In this document: positions 37,251-47,324 of the stretch, piece by piece
Numbering within the stretch: the stretch's first letter is position 1
How the letters are laid out: each line of letters opens with the position of its first letter
Assembly (NCBI RefSeq): GCF_004010195.1
Contig: NW_025214793.1
Span: 1 to 51,066, forward strand
DNA length: 51,066 bases
DNA from: Chiloscyllium plagiosum
Lineage: Eukaryota
Direction: 5' to 3'
Notes under the pieces: model-generated
What the model saw: only the letters and a program-made list of their open reading frames with translations
What the model was told of the DNA's origin: nothing
The model's database searches: none
Program-made: the position numbers and the translations under genes

Positions 37251-37477
37251 CCATTCCAGGAATCAGAGCTGAAAATGTGTTGCTGGAAAAGCGCAGCAGG
37301 TCAGGCGGCATCCAAGGAGCAGGAGAATCGACGTTTCGGGCATGAGCCTTTCTTCAGGAAGCCCTTTTTCTCTTGCTCCTTGGATGCTGCCTGACCTGCT
37401 GCGCTTTTCCAGCAACACATTTTCAGCTCTGATCTCCAGCATCTGCAGTCCTCACTTTCTCCCATTCCAGGAATCAG
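37251..37477. mobile_element. Palindromic Penelope-type non-autonomous element with a 16-bp target-site duplication
   Basis: 66-bp inverted arms at 37262-37327 and 37368-37433 (2 mismatches). Direct repeat CCATTCCAGGAATCAG at 37251-37266 and 37462-37477. Confidence 0.8.
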
Positions 37478-38009
37478 TCTAGTAAATCTTTTTAAATTGC
37501 CTCCAATTTGTTTTTACCTTTCCTTTTAAATAAGGTGACCAATACTGTGCACAGTACTCTAGATGTGATCTCCCTAGTGTGCTATGTAATTGAAGTGTAG
37601 CCTCCCTATTTTTGTATTGAATTCTGCTTATAATAAGTAATGTTTTATTAACTTTCTTGCTGTATTTTCATAGTAACTTTTTATGATTCATGCACAAGGG
37701 CACCAGATTTGAGAATCATACCTTCTATCCCTTTATTCAAGTCAGTTAAAGTAATTATAAACAGCTGTGGTCCTTGCACTGATTCCTGTTGCTCACCACT
37801 CATAACATCTGGCTGACCTGAAAAAGACCAAATTACACTTGTTTTCTGTTAGCCAACCAATCTTCTATCTGTACCAATATGGCAACTGCTTACATTGTGA
37901 CCATTTTGTTTTCTGAATTTGACCTTTTATTTTCTGCAATAACTCTTAACAACTACCTCCTGGGTGTCCACCAGTTTGCCTTTATCTACACCACATGTTA
38001 ATTCCTTTG

Positions 38010-38490
38010 GTATGTGAATGTACCTACTAGAGAAGAAGCAAAACCTGACCCTCTCTTGGGAAATAAGGCAGGGTAAGTGACTGAGGTGTCAATAGGAGAG
38101 CACTTTGGGGCAAGTTATCATAATTCTATCAGTTTTAGAATAATGATGGAAAAGGATAGACCAGATCTAAAAGTTGAAGTTCTAAATTGGAGGAAGGCCA
38201 ACTTTAGTATTTGGCAAGAACTTTCAAAAGTAGATTGGGGGTGGAGTTTTTGCAGGTAGAGGGATGGCTGGAAAGTGGGAAGCCTTCAAAAATGAGATAA
38301 CGAGTCCAGGGACCGTATAGGCTGTTGGGGAATGCTGGATGACTAGAGAATTGAGGTTCTGGTCAAGAAAAAGGAGGCATATGTCAGGTATAGGCAGCAG
38401 GGATTGAGTGAATCCCTAGAGGAGTGGAAGGGCAGTAGGAGTATACTTGGGGAAATCAGGAGGGCAGAAAGGGGACATGAGATAGCTTTG
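38010..38490 (+). mobile_element. CR1 ORF2 fragment (end of the APE endonuclease domain)
   Basis: Reads PTREEAKPDPLLGNK...VTEVSIGEHFGASYHNSISF...LNWRKANF (cf. PTR..LDL..SDH). Confidence 0.85.
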
Positions 38491-38612
38491 GTTCAGTGTG
38501 TTCTTGCTGACCAGATATATTAAATTAATCTAGTCCCATTTGCTAGCATTTGGCCTGTATCCCTCTAAATCCTTCCTATTCATAAACCCATCCAGATGCC
38601 TCTTAACTGTTT
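38490..38612 (-). mobile_element. CR1 3'-end fragment
   Basis: Reverse complement closely matches 28965-29070 ('tagtcccatttgctagcatttggcctgtatccctctaaa'). Confidence 0.8.
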
Positions 38613-38868
38613 GAAGCTGGAGTATTCCTTTTACTAAAACTGGATTTGAACTGGGAGCCATGAGGACTCTGAGTGAACACTTTAACTGCTAGACTGCCAC
38701 AGCTGATATTAATAGAAACTCAACGATCTGTTTATTTCTAGCTGGTTTTCCCTCAAATTTTATCTCATTAATTTTTTTGGGTGACTTTACTTTTATAATT
38801 TGTTCAAACTCCTGACCTGCCACTGTCTTTGCACATTGTATGGTTTTTCTTTTAATTTCATACTATCT

Positions 38869-39185
38869 GGGCGGCACGGTGGCACAGTGGGTAGCACTGT
38901 TGCCTCACAGCGCCTGAGACCCGGGTTCAATTCCCGCCTCAGGCGACTGATTGTGTGGAATTTGCACGTTCTCCCTGTGTCTGCGTGGGTTTCCTCCGGG
39001 TGCTCCGGTTTCCTCCCACAGTCCAAAGATGTGCAGATCAGGTGAATTGGCCATGCTAAATTGCCCGTAGTGTTAGTTAAGGGGTAAATGTAGGGGCATG
39101 GGTGGGTTGCGCTTCGGCGGGTCGGTGTGGACTTGTTGGGCCGAAGGGCCTGTTTCCACGCTGTAATGTAATCTAATCTAATCTA
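38869..39185 (+). mobile_element. Full-length, young HE1/V-SINE-type SINE
   Basis: Box A TGGCACAGTGG, box B GGTTCAATTCC, (AATCT)n tail, CpGs retained, flanking CTATCT direct repeat (38863-38868 and 39183-39188). Confidence 0.93.
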
Positions 39186-39833
39186 TCTTTTATGTTCTTA
39201 GTTAACCACAAATGGGCAGTCTGTTGGAATGTATCTCGTTTGAAATATCCCCTTAAGTGCTTGCCACTGCATTTCTACTGACCTATCCTTTTAACTAATG
39301 TGCCAATTCAGTTTTGACAGCTGTGCATTCATTCCCTCAGATGCCATTTTAAAAAAATTTTAAAAGACGACAGCCTTGAACCCAGTCGCCCTATCCCTCA
39401 AACAGAATGCAAATTCAATCGTATTGTGGTTGCTACAAACTGTGGGTGCATTCACGGAGATTATTCGTTAAGCTTGTCTCATTGGTTATAATGCAATATT
39501 GCTTGCTCTCAGGTCAGCTCCAGAGCATGCTGTTCTAATAAACTGTCATGAAAACATTCCATGAAATGCTCATCTAGGCTACCTTTTATCCCTTTGACTT
39601 TTCCAGTCGATATGCATATTAGTATCTTTTATGATTATTACTACTTTTGTAACAAGCTCTCATTATGTCTTCCTTTATATGTGGTTACTGTTAGGGGACC
39701 TGTACACCACTTCTACAAGTGAACTTTTGCCTTCATTGCTGTGCACAAGAAAATAATTGGACTTGAAGTCCAAGTTGAGGCTTTTGGTGAGAGTTGCTTT
39801 TTTTAACCATGTTGCATGAAACTCTCACCGCTA

Positions 39834-40159
39834 CAGGTACACAATCCTTTATCTGAAATGTCAGTTGTTTTTTGGAATTCAGAATTTTTCAGAAGAAATG
39901 ACATTTTCACAGTGAAATAAACAAAAAAAATTGCCTAACAGCATACGCGTGTGTGAATAGTATGAGTGCTGAGACACAATTGGCACCTACTAGTGCTGGG
40001 CCATGCTGCCACATCACATCTGAGTGACGTGATTCAAGTGGTTGTGGATTTGAGGCACCTATTTTCACGAAAAAATGACGCTCCACATTCCAGGAAAAAA
40101 AATATTGATTTTGGAGCTTTTTGGATTTTTGAATTTCTGATTAAAGGATTGTGTACCTA
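39834..40159. mobile_element. Tc1/mariner-superfamily (Tigger/pogo-like) MITE
   Basis: Terminal inverted repeats CAGGTACACAATCCTTTATCTGAAAT ... ATTTCTGATTAAAGGATTGTGTACCTA, with TA on both sides (39832-33, 40160-61). Confidence 0.85.
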
Positions 40160-40174
40160 TACTAGCTTCCCATA

Positions 40175-40640
40175 TTTGTATAGAGTGATACAGTGCAAAA
40201 GTGCTCCTTAAGCCAGTTGGGTCTGCAACAACAAAATACTCTAACTCTCCACTTTCCAGCACTTGGCCCACAACCTTGAATGTTATGACATTTTGAGCAC
40301 TCATCCAAGTACATGTAAAGACTGTGAAGTTTCCTGCCTCAACTACCTCCAAGACAGTGCTTTCCAGACTCCCACCACCCTCTGGGTGAAGGGAAATTTC
40401 TTCAAATCCCCTCTAACTGTTTCAGCTTAAAATCATGCCCCTTGTTACTGACTTTTCAATTAAGGGGAACTTTCTGTCCACCCTGTCCATGCCCCTTGTA
40501 ACGTTGTATACCTCAGCTTCTTAGTGTCCTGCCATTCATTAAGTGCTCCCATGTCTTGTTACTACTTATCAGGGTTAGATTTCATCTGCCACTGATCTGC
40601 CCATCTGATAATCTCTTTATATCCTCCTGTAACCCAAGAC
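40175..40640 (-). mobile_element. CR1 LINE 3' fragment
   Basis: Minus strand reads EVVEAGNFTVF, preceded by a 'cagagggtggtgggagtctggaa' (QRVVGVW) motif. Confidence 0.75.
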
Positions 40641-42333
40641 TGGTCAACTACCTGGCCAGTCTTCATACAATCAATTCTCATCTGTCAATGTTCCGTCAGA
40701 TCTCCGATGTCCCTTTGGACCTTTTAATGGATGATTAAATATCATTACCCATATTTCCACATCATGGGTATCTTTAAATTTAGGACATCTCTCTATGCTG
40801 CTAATATGCTAATTAACAAACCAAGCTGCCCTTCACTTTATCCTACTTCTTTCATTTGCTAAATACCCTGTAATCTTCAAGATTCAGCTCTCAGTCCATG
40901 GCATTCTGCCTCCATGTCTCTCTCACAGCTACCAGATCATTAATGTTCATATCTATTTGCACTGAGTTCATTTGTTTTGTTTAACCTGCTGTGAACATTC
41001 TGATACATAGCCTTTGGATTGATTATTGCTTACTGTCCTTAAATTCTGGTCTTTTCTTTTGATTGATTCTTACTTGTACTCTGTTCCCTTCTTGTCATGG
41101 TCTGTTTATCATTTCCTGTATGAATATCTTTCTCTTTAGCCTTGGCTCTATTCTTTGATTTACCACATCTTTCCAAGCTTAATTTCGTGAACCCACTATG
41201 CAGTTTGAAATTCTCTCTACTCACCTAGTTATGCAGTTGGTAAGAATATCAGCTTCAGCATGTTTCAGGCGGAATCTGCTCTGTTGGTATAGATCCAATA
41301 TCCCCCAACACTGATATCAGTGCTCTAACACCTAGAGCCCGTCTCTCCCACACCAGTCTTTTCTCCACGTGTTCACATCTCTCATTTTGATATCCTCTAT
41401 GCTGTGTGCTCAGGTAATAATAGATTGATTATGACCTTTGGATTTCTGCTTGTCAATTTGGTATTTAGCTACTCATAATGACTATGCAGAGCCACCTCTA
41501 TTGCTTATGTCATTGGTACCTACATGGACCAGGATGACTGGATCTTGCTGTCCCACTGCAAGTCCCTATCCGGCTGTCCCACTTGCTGTCCCACTGCAAG
41601 TCCCTATTGAGCAAGTATACTGATCCCAAGCACTGGACAGGCAGCACAGCTATCTGGACTCAGCTCTTTGCTGCAGAGAATGGTGTCAATCCCCCTCACA
41701 TACTATTTCCTAGTACCACGATATTCCTCCTCATTTCCCCCACTTGAGTGGCTTTGTCTAACATGATGCGGTGGTCAGTTAGCTCATCAGCACCCCCACC
41801 CCCACCTGCACACGCACACATCTTCATGCAGTCTCTGGCTCATCCAGACAAGATGAAAACCTTATATCAATTGGACAATTACAAAGGCTGAGGCTCCTGC
41901 CCTCTGAGTCTCCTTACTTGCCTGTCTTACAGCCACAATCTCCTGTCCCTGAATACTGACAAAATCAGATGATCCAACCCTAAGAGGTGTGATTGCCTAT
42001 TGGTACGAAGAATTTTTGATTTGTCTCAATATCTGTAGTTCAGCCTTCAACTCAAAATCTTAGCCACAGCTGCTTGAACTTCAAACATTATACTTGCAGA
42101 CATATTTGTTCCAGACCAAAATGGTAATCATGAACTTGCTCAGCTATAACTGTGACACATCAACTATCCTGTCATCCTGGATGTGTTCAATCGAGCTACT
42201 TAATTTTTGTTGTTTAAAGCCCAATGGAGAATCACTTTATTGAGCGCAAATTAACTTGGTAACAGGCAGTGGCTGTCCTGTTGGAACTCATCAACTGAGC
42301 CCTCCCAGCAGTGCCTGTACTTCACTTTGGGAG

Positions 42334-42445
42334 TATTCTCTTGTGGCACAGTGGTAGTGTGCCTACCCTTGGACTTGGAAGCCCAGTTTCAAGTCCCATT
42401 TGCTCCAGAGGTTTGTAATAACATTTCTGAACAGTTTGAAAAACA
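42334..42445 (+). mobile_element. Short tRNA-derived SINE-like repeat (further copies at ~44993-45100 and ~45418-45520)
   Basis: 'tctcttgtggcacagtggtagtgtgcctacc...ttcaagtccca...ccagagg..tgtaataac...tgaacag' recurs three times. Confidence 0.7.
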
Positions 42446-42754
42446 AAATAGGCTAATGAAATAAAAGGGTAGACCCATCCCTGGGTCTTTCTGCCCTCAG
42501 CTGGCAGTGACCTAGGTAGACCACAAATAGTTGCTTTATTTTGGTGTTCAACTGTACATGATGTTCTTTTCCTGTTGGACTTTGAGTTAAGACATTGGTA
42601 ATGATTTGTAAGAAAAGTTTCAGACAACCTTGCCTATCAACAAACTATTAAGAACTTGGAGAAATATTAAAAATGCTGCTGTGTGGGAAACTGGAAACTT
42701 AATGACACAGGTGTGGATGATTGGCCCTTGGCACGCTGAAAGAATAAGGTACTT

Positions 42755-43087
42755 TTAGATTAGATTCCATACAGTTTTGAAACAGGCCCATCGGATCAAC
42801 AAGTCCACACCGACCCTCCGAAGAGTCACCCACCCAGACCCATTCCCCAACCTTTATGTTTATCCCTGACTAATGTACCTCACACTACAGGCAATGAAGC
42901 ATGGCCAGTTCACCTGATCAGCACATTGTTGGATTGGGGGAGGAAACCAGAGCACCTGGAGAAAACCCACGCAGACACTGGGAGAATGTCTGTGTGGCAT
43001 TTGCATAGTCCCCCAATGCGGGAATCGAACCCGGGTCCCTGGTACTGTGAGGCAGCAGTGCTAAACACTGAGCCACCGTGCACCCCC
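42755..43087 (-). mobile_element. Full-length HE1/V-SINE-type SINE
   Basis: Reverse complement of the 38869 family: 'ttagattagatt' tail, box B as 'gggaatcgaacc', 5' end 'ccaccgtgcacccc'. Confidence 0.92.
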
Positions 43088-43094
43088 ACTGTTT

Positions 43095-44470
43095 TCTTTA
43101 AGGCAAACTGGATTGAAAGGGTCACCAACAAAAAGTCATTCTCCTGACTGCTTATGGGGCCCTGACTCTCAGAATCATACAAGATTAGCCTCCCTGGCAG
43201 CTCTGGAGTCAAAAGCTTTTGATGAACTGATAGATGTGGTGGTGGACCACTGTGACCACAGACCATCTTTATATTGCAACGTTTTAGGTTTAACACAGCA
43301 AATAGACTTCCTGGGGAACCAGTTACTGACCTTTGAAGCTACTGTGGAAATTGGCAGAACACGGAGTCTGGGTTAGCACTTGGGAAGTGTTGGAGGATGG
43401 TTTAGTTTGATGAATAAATAACATGGAGAAAGTGAGGACTGCAGATGCTGGAGATCAGAGCTTAAAAATGTGTTGCTGGAAAAGCACAGCAGGTCAGGCA
43501 GCATCGAAGGAGAAGAAGAATCGACGTTTCGGGCATAAGCCCCCCTTCAAAGAATAAATAACATGCCAACCAATGGAAGCCATTGACCAAATCCGATCTG
43601 GACTTGAAGAGTCTGGACTTTTTTTTTTCCTTTTTGCAAAAATGTGGAAAAAGGGGCTCAGAAATGCATATTTGGTACCGTCCTCAGCCTTGGTCTACCC
43701 CCAAGCAGAGCCAAGTGCCCTATGGACAGTACTCGCAGCTCCAATTGGTTGTCAAGGAAGGGTGAGTGGTTCTAGAACTGGATGAGAAGTTTCTTCATAA
43801 TACAGTGAGGAGCAATAATGTCTATGATGCACATGTAACCACAGGGTCTGCCCCAGATATGGGTACTGAAACAGGTAAAACATGTACTGCCCAGACTGAA
43901 GGTCAAAGTCACCTCAAGATGAAGCTTTGCAAATAAATCACCCTGAAGATGAGGAATTGATAGTGAAACTGTATGATTGCTCCCAAAGTGGCCCTAATTA
44001 AGAAAACCATTCTGGTAAATGGCCATCCCCTAGACATGGAGGTAGACAACAATTAGTGCTGTATCTATGGTTGGGGAGCAAACATTTAGAAAATTGTGAC
44101 ATTTTGCCTTTTAAGCCTGCAAGACACCTTGGCTAGATTGACCATATGCACTGGAGAGCCATTGTCTACTATTGGGACCATGAAAACCCAGTTACACATG
44201 GGCAACAGACAATCTGACTAGACTTAATGGTGGTGCCAGGATCAGCTCCTAATCTTTTGGGAAGGGTATGGCTCCAGAAAATCTGCCTGGATTGGCACCA
44301 AATCTTTAAAATGGGTGTTGGAAGTATCCCAAAATGTTTTAAGAGGACCTCAGGAAGATAAAAGGTACCGGGAACAAAGATTTATGTAAACCCAGAGGCA
44401 CCACTGAAGTACTTCAAGGCACCCTTTTGTCCTATGTGCTAGAGTAGAGGCCGAATTGGGACATCCAGTG
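43095..44470 (+). mobile_element. Degraded Gypsy/Ty3 LTR-retrotransposon gag-protease-pol remnant
   Basis: Fragments read KVILLTAYG and ESKAFDELID (gag), ILVNGHPLDMEVD (aspartic protease lead-in), PNLLGRVWLQKICLDWHQI, and YVNPEAPLKYFKA. Many stops and frameshifts. Confidence 0.8.
43412..43565. mobile_element. Second (single-arm) copy of the Penelope-type short element with a 14-bp target-site duplication
   Basis: Same arm sequence as 37262-37357. GAATAAATAACATG at 43412-43425 and 43552-43565. Confidence 0.8.
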
Positions 44471-44846
44471 GGTTGTGGGGAAAAAAAAACATCAGCACCC
44501 TCTGGCAGGAGCCCTCCCCAAGGCAGTTGTTTTGACAGACATGCTGCTGAGGACAGGCCCGCTGCAGTGACACTTCAATGGTCTTCACAGAACGGCCATT
44601 CACCTACTTGTTATATGCCTCTTGACCTGTCCTGGAAAATAGCAGGAATGGGGCTATAAGCATAATGAAACAGGAGACCCATTGTAACAGTAGTGAGGGA
44701 GAGCACTCTGGCTTGGATAACCCAAATTGATCTCCCTATGCAACTTGTTGCGTACTAGTTTTCTTAGTAACAGATTGTGGCTTGCCTAATTGGAACTCCT
44801 CATTTGAGGTAAAAACTCCTCATTTGAGCCCTTTTATAAAGCAGAG

Positions 44847-44922
44847 GGTCAACATGGCTGAGTGGTCTGAAGTGCTGGGTTAAGACTCTATGGCGGCATA
44901 GGCTTCAATCCCACCACAGTCG
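44847..44922 (+). pseudogene. Degenerate tRNA-Leu-like relic
   Basis: 'tggctgagtggtctgaagtgctgggttaagactct...ggcataggcttcaatcccaccac' resembles tRNA-Leu(AAG). Box B and stems are disrupted and the variable arm is shortened. Confidence 0.55.
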
Positions 44923-45719
44923 TGTGCTGCTAGCACCGAACCTTTGAGTTCTGTTAAAGTTGCCCACGCAAAAAATGTGATCTATTAAAAGGGACTCTCT
45001 TGTGACACAGGTAGTGTCCCTATCCCTGAACTGAGACCTTGGTTCAAGACCCACCTGCTATAGAGGTGGATAATAACGTCGCTGAACAAGTTGAATAGAA
45101 AAAAAGTTATTTAACCTTTTTACAAAGCAGACCAAGCTGTTGAAGCCTTTGGCGAGAGGCTGGGTATTGTGGGGAACGCAGTGCTTTATTTCCCCGACTC
45201 CATTTTGTCTTGGCCCTTTTCCGTTCTTCCTACCTTCCCTCACTTTTTTGTTTGCATTGCCTGTAATGGGCTTTGCATGTAAATATCCAATTACCTGCAC
45301 AGGTGTGTTACTGGTGACAGTTAATAGTTTTTAGTAGTTGTAGTTTGGTGGGGGAGAAAATGTTCAGTGTATGTAAGACCACTTCTGGTTATATATTTTT
45401 TTAAAAAAGCAGACTCAAGGGCCTTACGGTACAGTGGTACTGTCCCTACTTGTGGGCTGTGTTCAAATCCTATCTGTTCCAGAGGAGTGTAGTAATGTTT
45501 TTGAGCAGGTTGCTAATGAAAGGGTGGGTCTGTAGAACCGTCCTGGCTGGGGCTTGCCTATGTATACCATATGTAGTGGCTTTGGTTTGATGTTCAATGA
45601 CAAATGATCCTTTTACAGTTAAACTTCAAGTTATTACAGTAGTCAACTTTATATTTGGTTGTAGTTATATAAATTTTATTGCCCTTCCCACCAGCTGCTA
45701 TGCTCCTTTGAGCCTTAGG

Positions 45720-46010
45720 TAGAACATAGAACATAGAACATTACAGCGCAGTACAGGCCCTTCGCCCCTCGATGTTGCGCCACTGTCATACTAATCTGAA
45801 GCCCATCCCTCCTACACTATTCCGTGTACGTCCATATGCCTGTCCAATGACGACTTAAATGCACTTAAACTTGGCGAATCTACTACCGTTGCAGGCAAAG
45901 CATTCCATACCCTTACTACTCTGAGTAAAGAAACTACCTCTGACATCTGTCTTATACCTATCTCCCCTCACTTTAAAGTTGTGTCCCCTCGTGTTTACCG
46001 TCCCCATACT
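45720..46010 (-). mobile_element. Relatively young CR1 3' end with (TAGAACA)n terminal microsatellite
   Basis: ORF reads NTRGHNFKVRGDRYKTDVRGSFFTQ; tail is 'tagaacatagaacatagaaca'. Confidence 0.9.
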
Positions 46011-47324
46011 TGGTCGTTTACTGGATACTCCCCAATTAATCAAGTTCTGCTTTCGCAGAGCAGGAATTGGTTAACTGAGATTGAAAATGTTAAAGCAAAA
46101 GGAACTGAACACTCCCTTCTTTTCATCCACTTAACTCTACATTCTGTTGTAAGTTGCACTCAAGTGCTAAGTTGCACCAGGTTGGCTACATATGTATGAC
46201 CTATCTGATTCACTTAATGAGAACCCAGTTTCGCTACTTCTTATTTCATCTCTTTCACTCAAACCTTTTTTTAAAAAAAACTATTTAAGGCTGGCAACTA
46301 CAGAATTTAAACTGTAGATTTCAATTGATGTCAACTGCAAAACAAAATATTTAGTCTAATCAGCAGTTGTATGCACTTTTACTGCTCAGCTGCTACATAT
46401 GCCTAAAATGTTTTGTGGCAAATGCATGAGTTGCTTGGGTCTGTTAAACAAAAATCTCTCAACTGGTGTTTCTGAACAATGGATATCTAGGTTGGAGAGA
46501 TTCCAGTATGTTGGATTTAAGTGTCGTGGCTGATATGGCCCTTATAGATTGTTGTGTAGAATCACATTTAAGATTGAGACTCTCTCTATAAGAGGTTGTC
46601 GGGTGTGGTTCACTTCAGGGTTTAAGGTGGGGTTAAAGTAGTGTTAAAAGCAATAGAGTTATTATGGAATAGCTTAACCTTCAGAATTTACTTTGAACTT
46701 TGTCTGTAATTTTGAAGGTGTTTAACACAATAAAATGTGCATGTTAAATGGTTGCATTTATATTGAATTGCCTGTTACAGTCTCCTGCATGCACTTAATT
46801 ATTTTGAGGTGACTGTTATGGCGCATTGTAGAGGTATGATTGCTTACAGGAATAAACCACATTTGTGTTAGAGCTAATATTCATTTTTCATTTTGCCTTA
46901 AATTCCTGGGCTTTGGTTCTGTTTGTTCACAGTGGCTTTTTGACAATCAGGTCAACCAATATTTATTATGTGTCTTTCATTTATTATTTTAAACAGCAAC
47001 ATGCAGGTGCAAATTCTCTTGGTCTACATTTTAGCCCTGTTAAACTCAGGATAATTTAGAAAAAGGTAAATTGTAGTTTTTGAAATAGTAAATGGACAGC
47101 TGAGCAGAAGTCTAGACAACTTCATTCAAGTGCATTAACATTTTTCATATTTTGCATTTGATTCTTTGAATAATCATTATGTGGAGTTGCAGCATCTGAA
47201 ACTTTTTAAAAATATTATTCATTGCCTTCCTACTTTCCTTTTGCAAGAAATCCAATTTTCATTTCTGAATTTAATATGGTATTATGTTAGTATTATGTGT
47301 TCAGGTATTCAGCTGATTTTAATT

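Larger units (their letters stand above)
36825..42200 (-). mobile_element. Old, fragmented CR1 LINE sequence (3' end, ORF2 and ORF1 pieces) interrupted by several younger insertions
   Basis: 3' tail at ~36830, RT-region pieces to ~38000, endonuclease-region pieces at ~39200-39730 and ~40640-41000, and ORF1 esterase motif VILVHVGTND at 41538-41509 (minus strand). Confidence 0.6.

Noticed and set aside
38638..38700. tRNA-like sequence on the minus strand
   Set aside because: Only degenerate A/B boxes and no convincing cloverleaf; at most a SINE-head relic.
39786..39829. 10-bp inverted repeat GGTGAGAGTT...AACTCTCACC beside the MITE
   Set aside because: Short, long-looped and in repeat-derived DNA; compatible with chance.
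41544..41607. 26-bp direct duplication (CTTGCTGTCCCACTGCAAGTCCCTAT)
   Set aside because: Local slippage inside a dead CR1; not an array or CRISPR-like structure.
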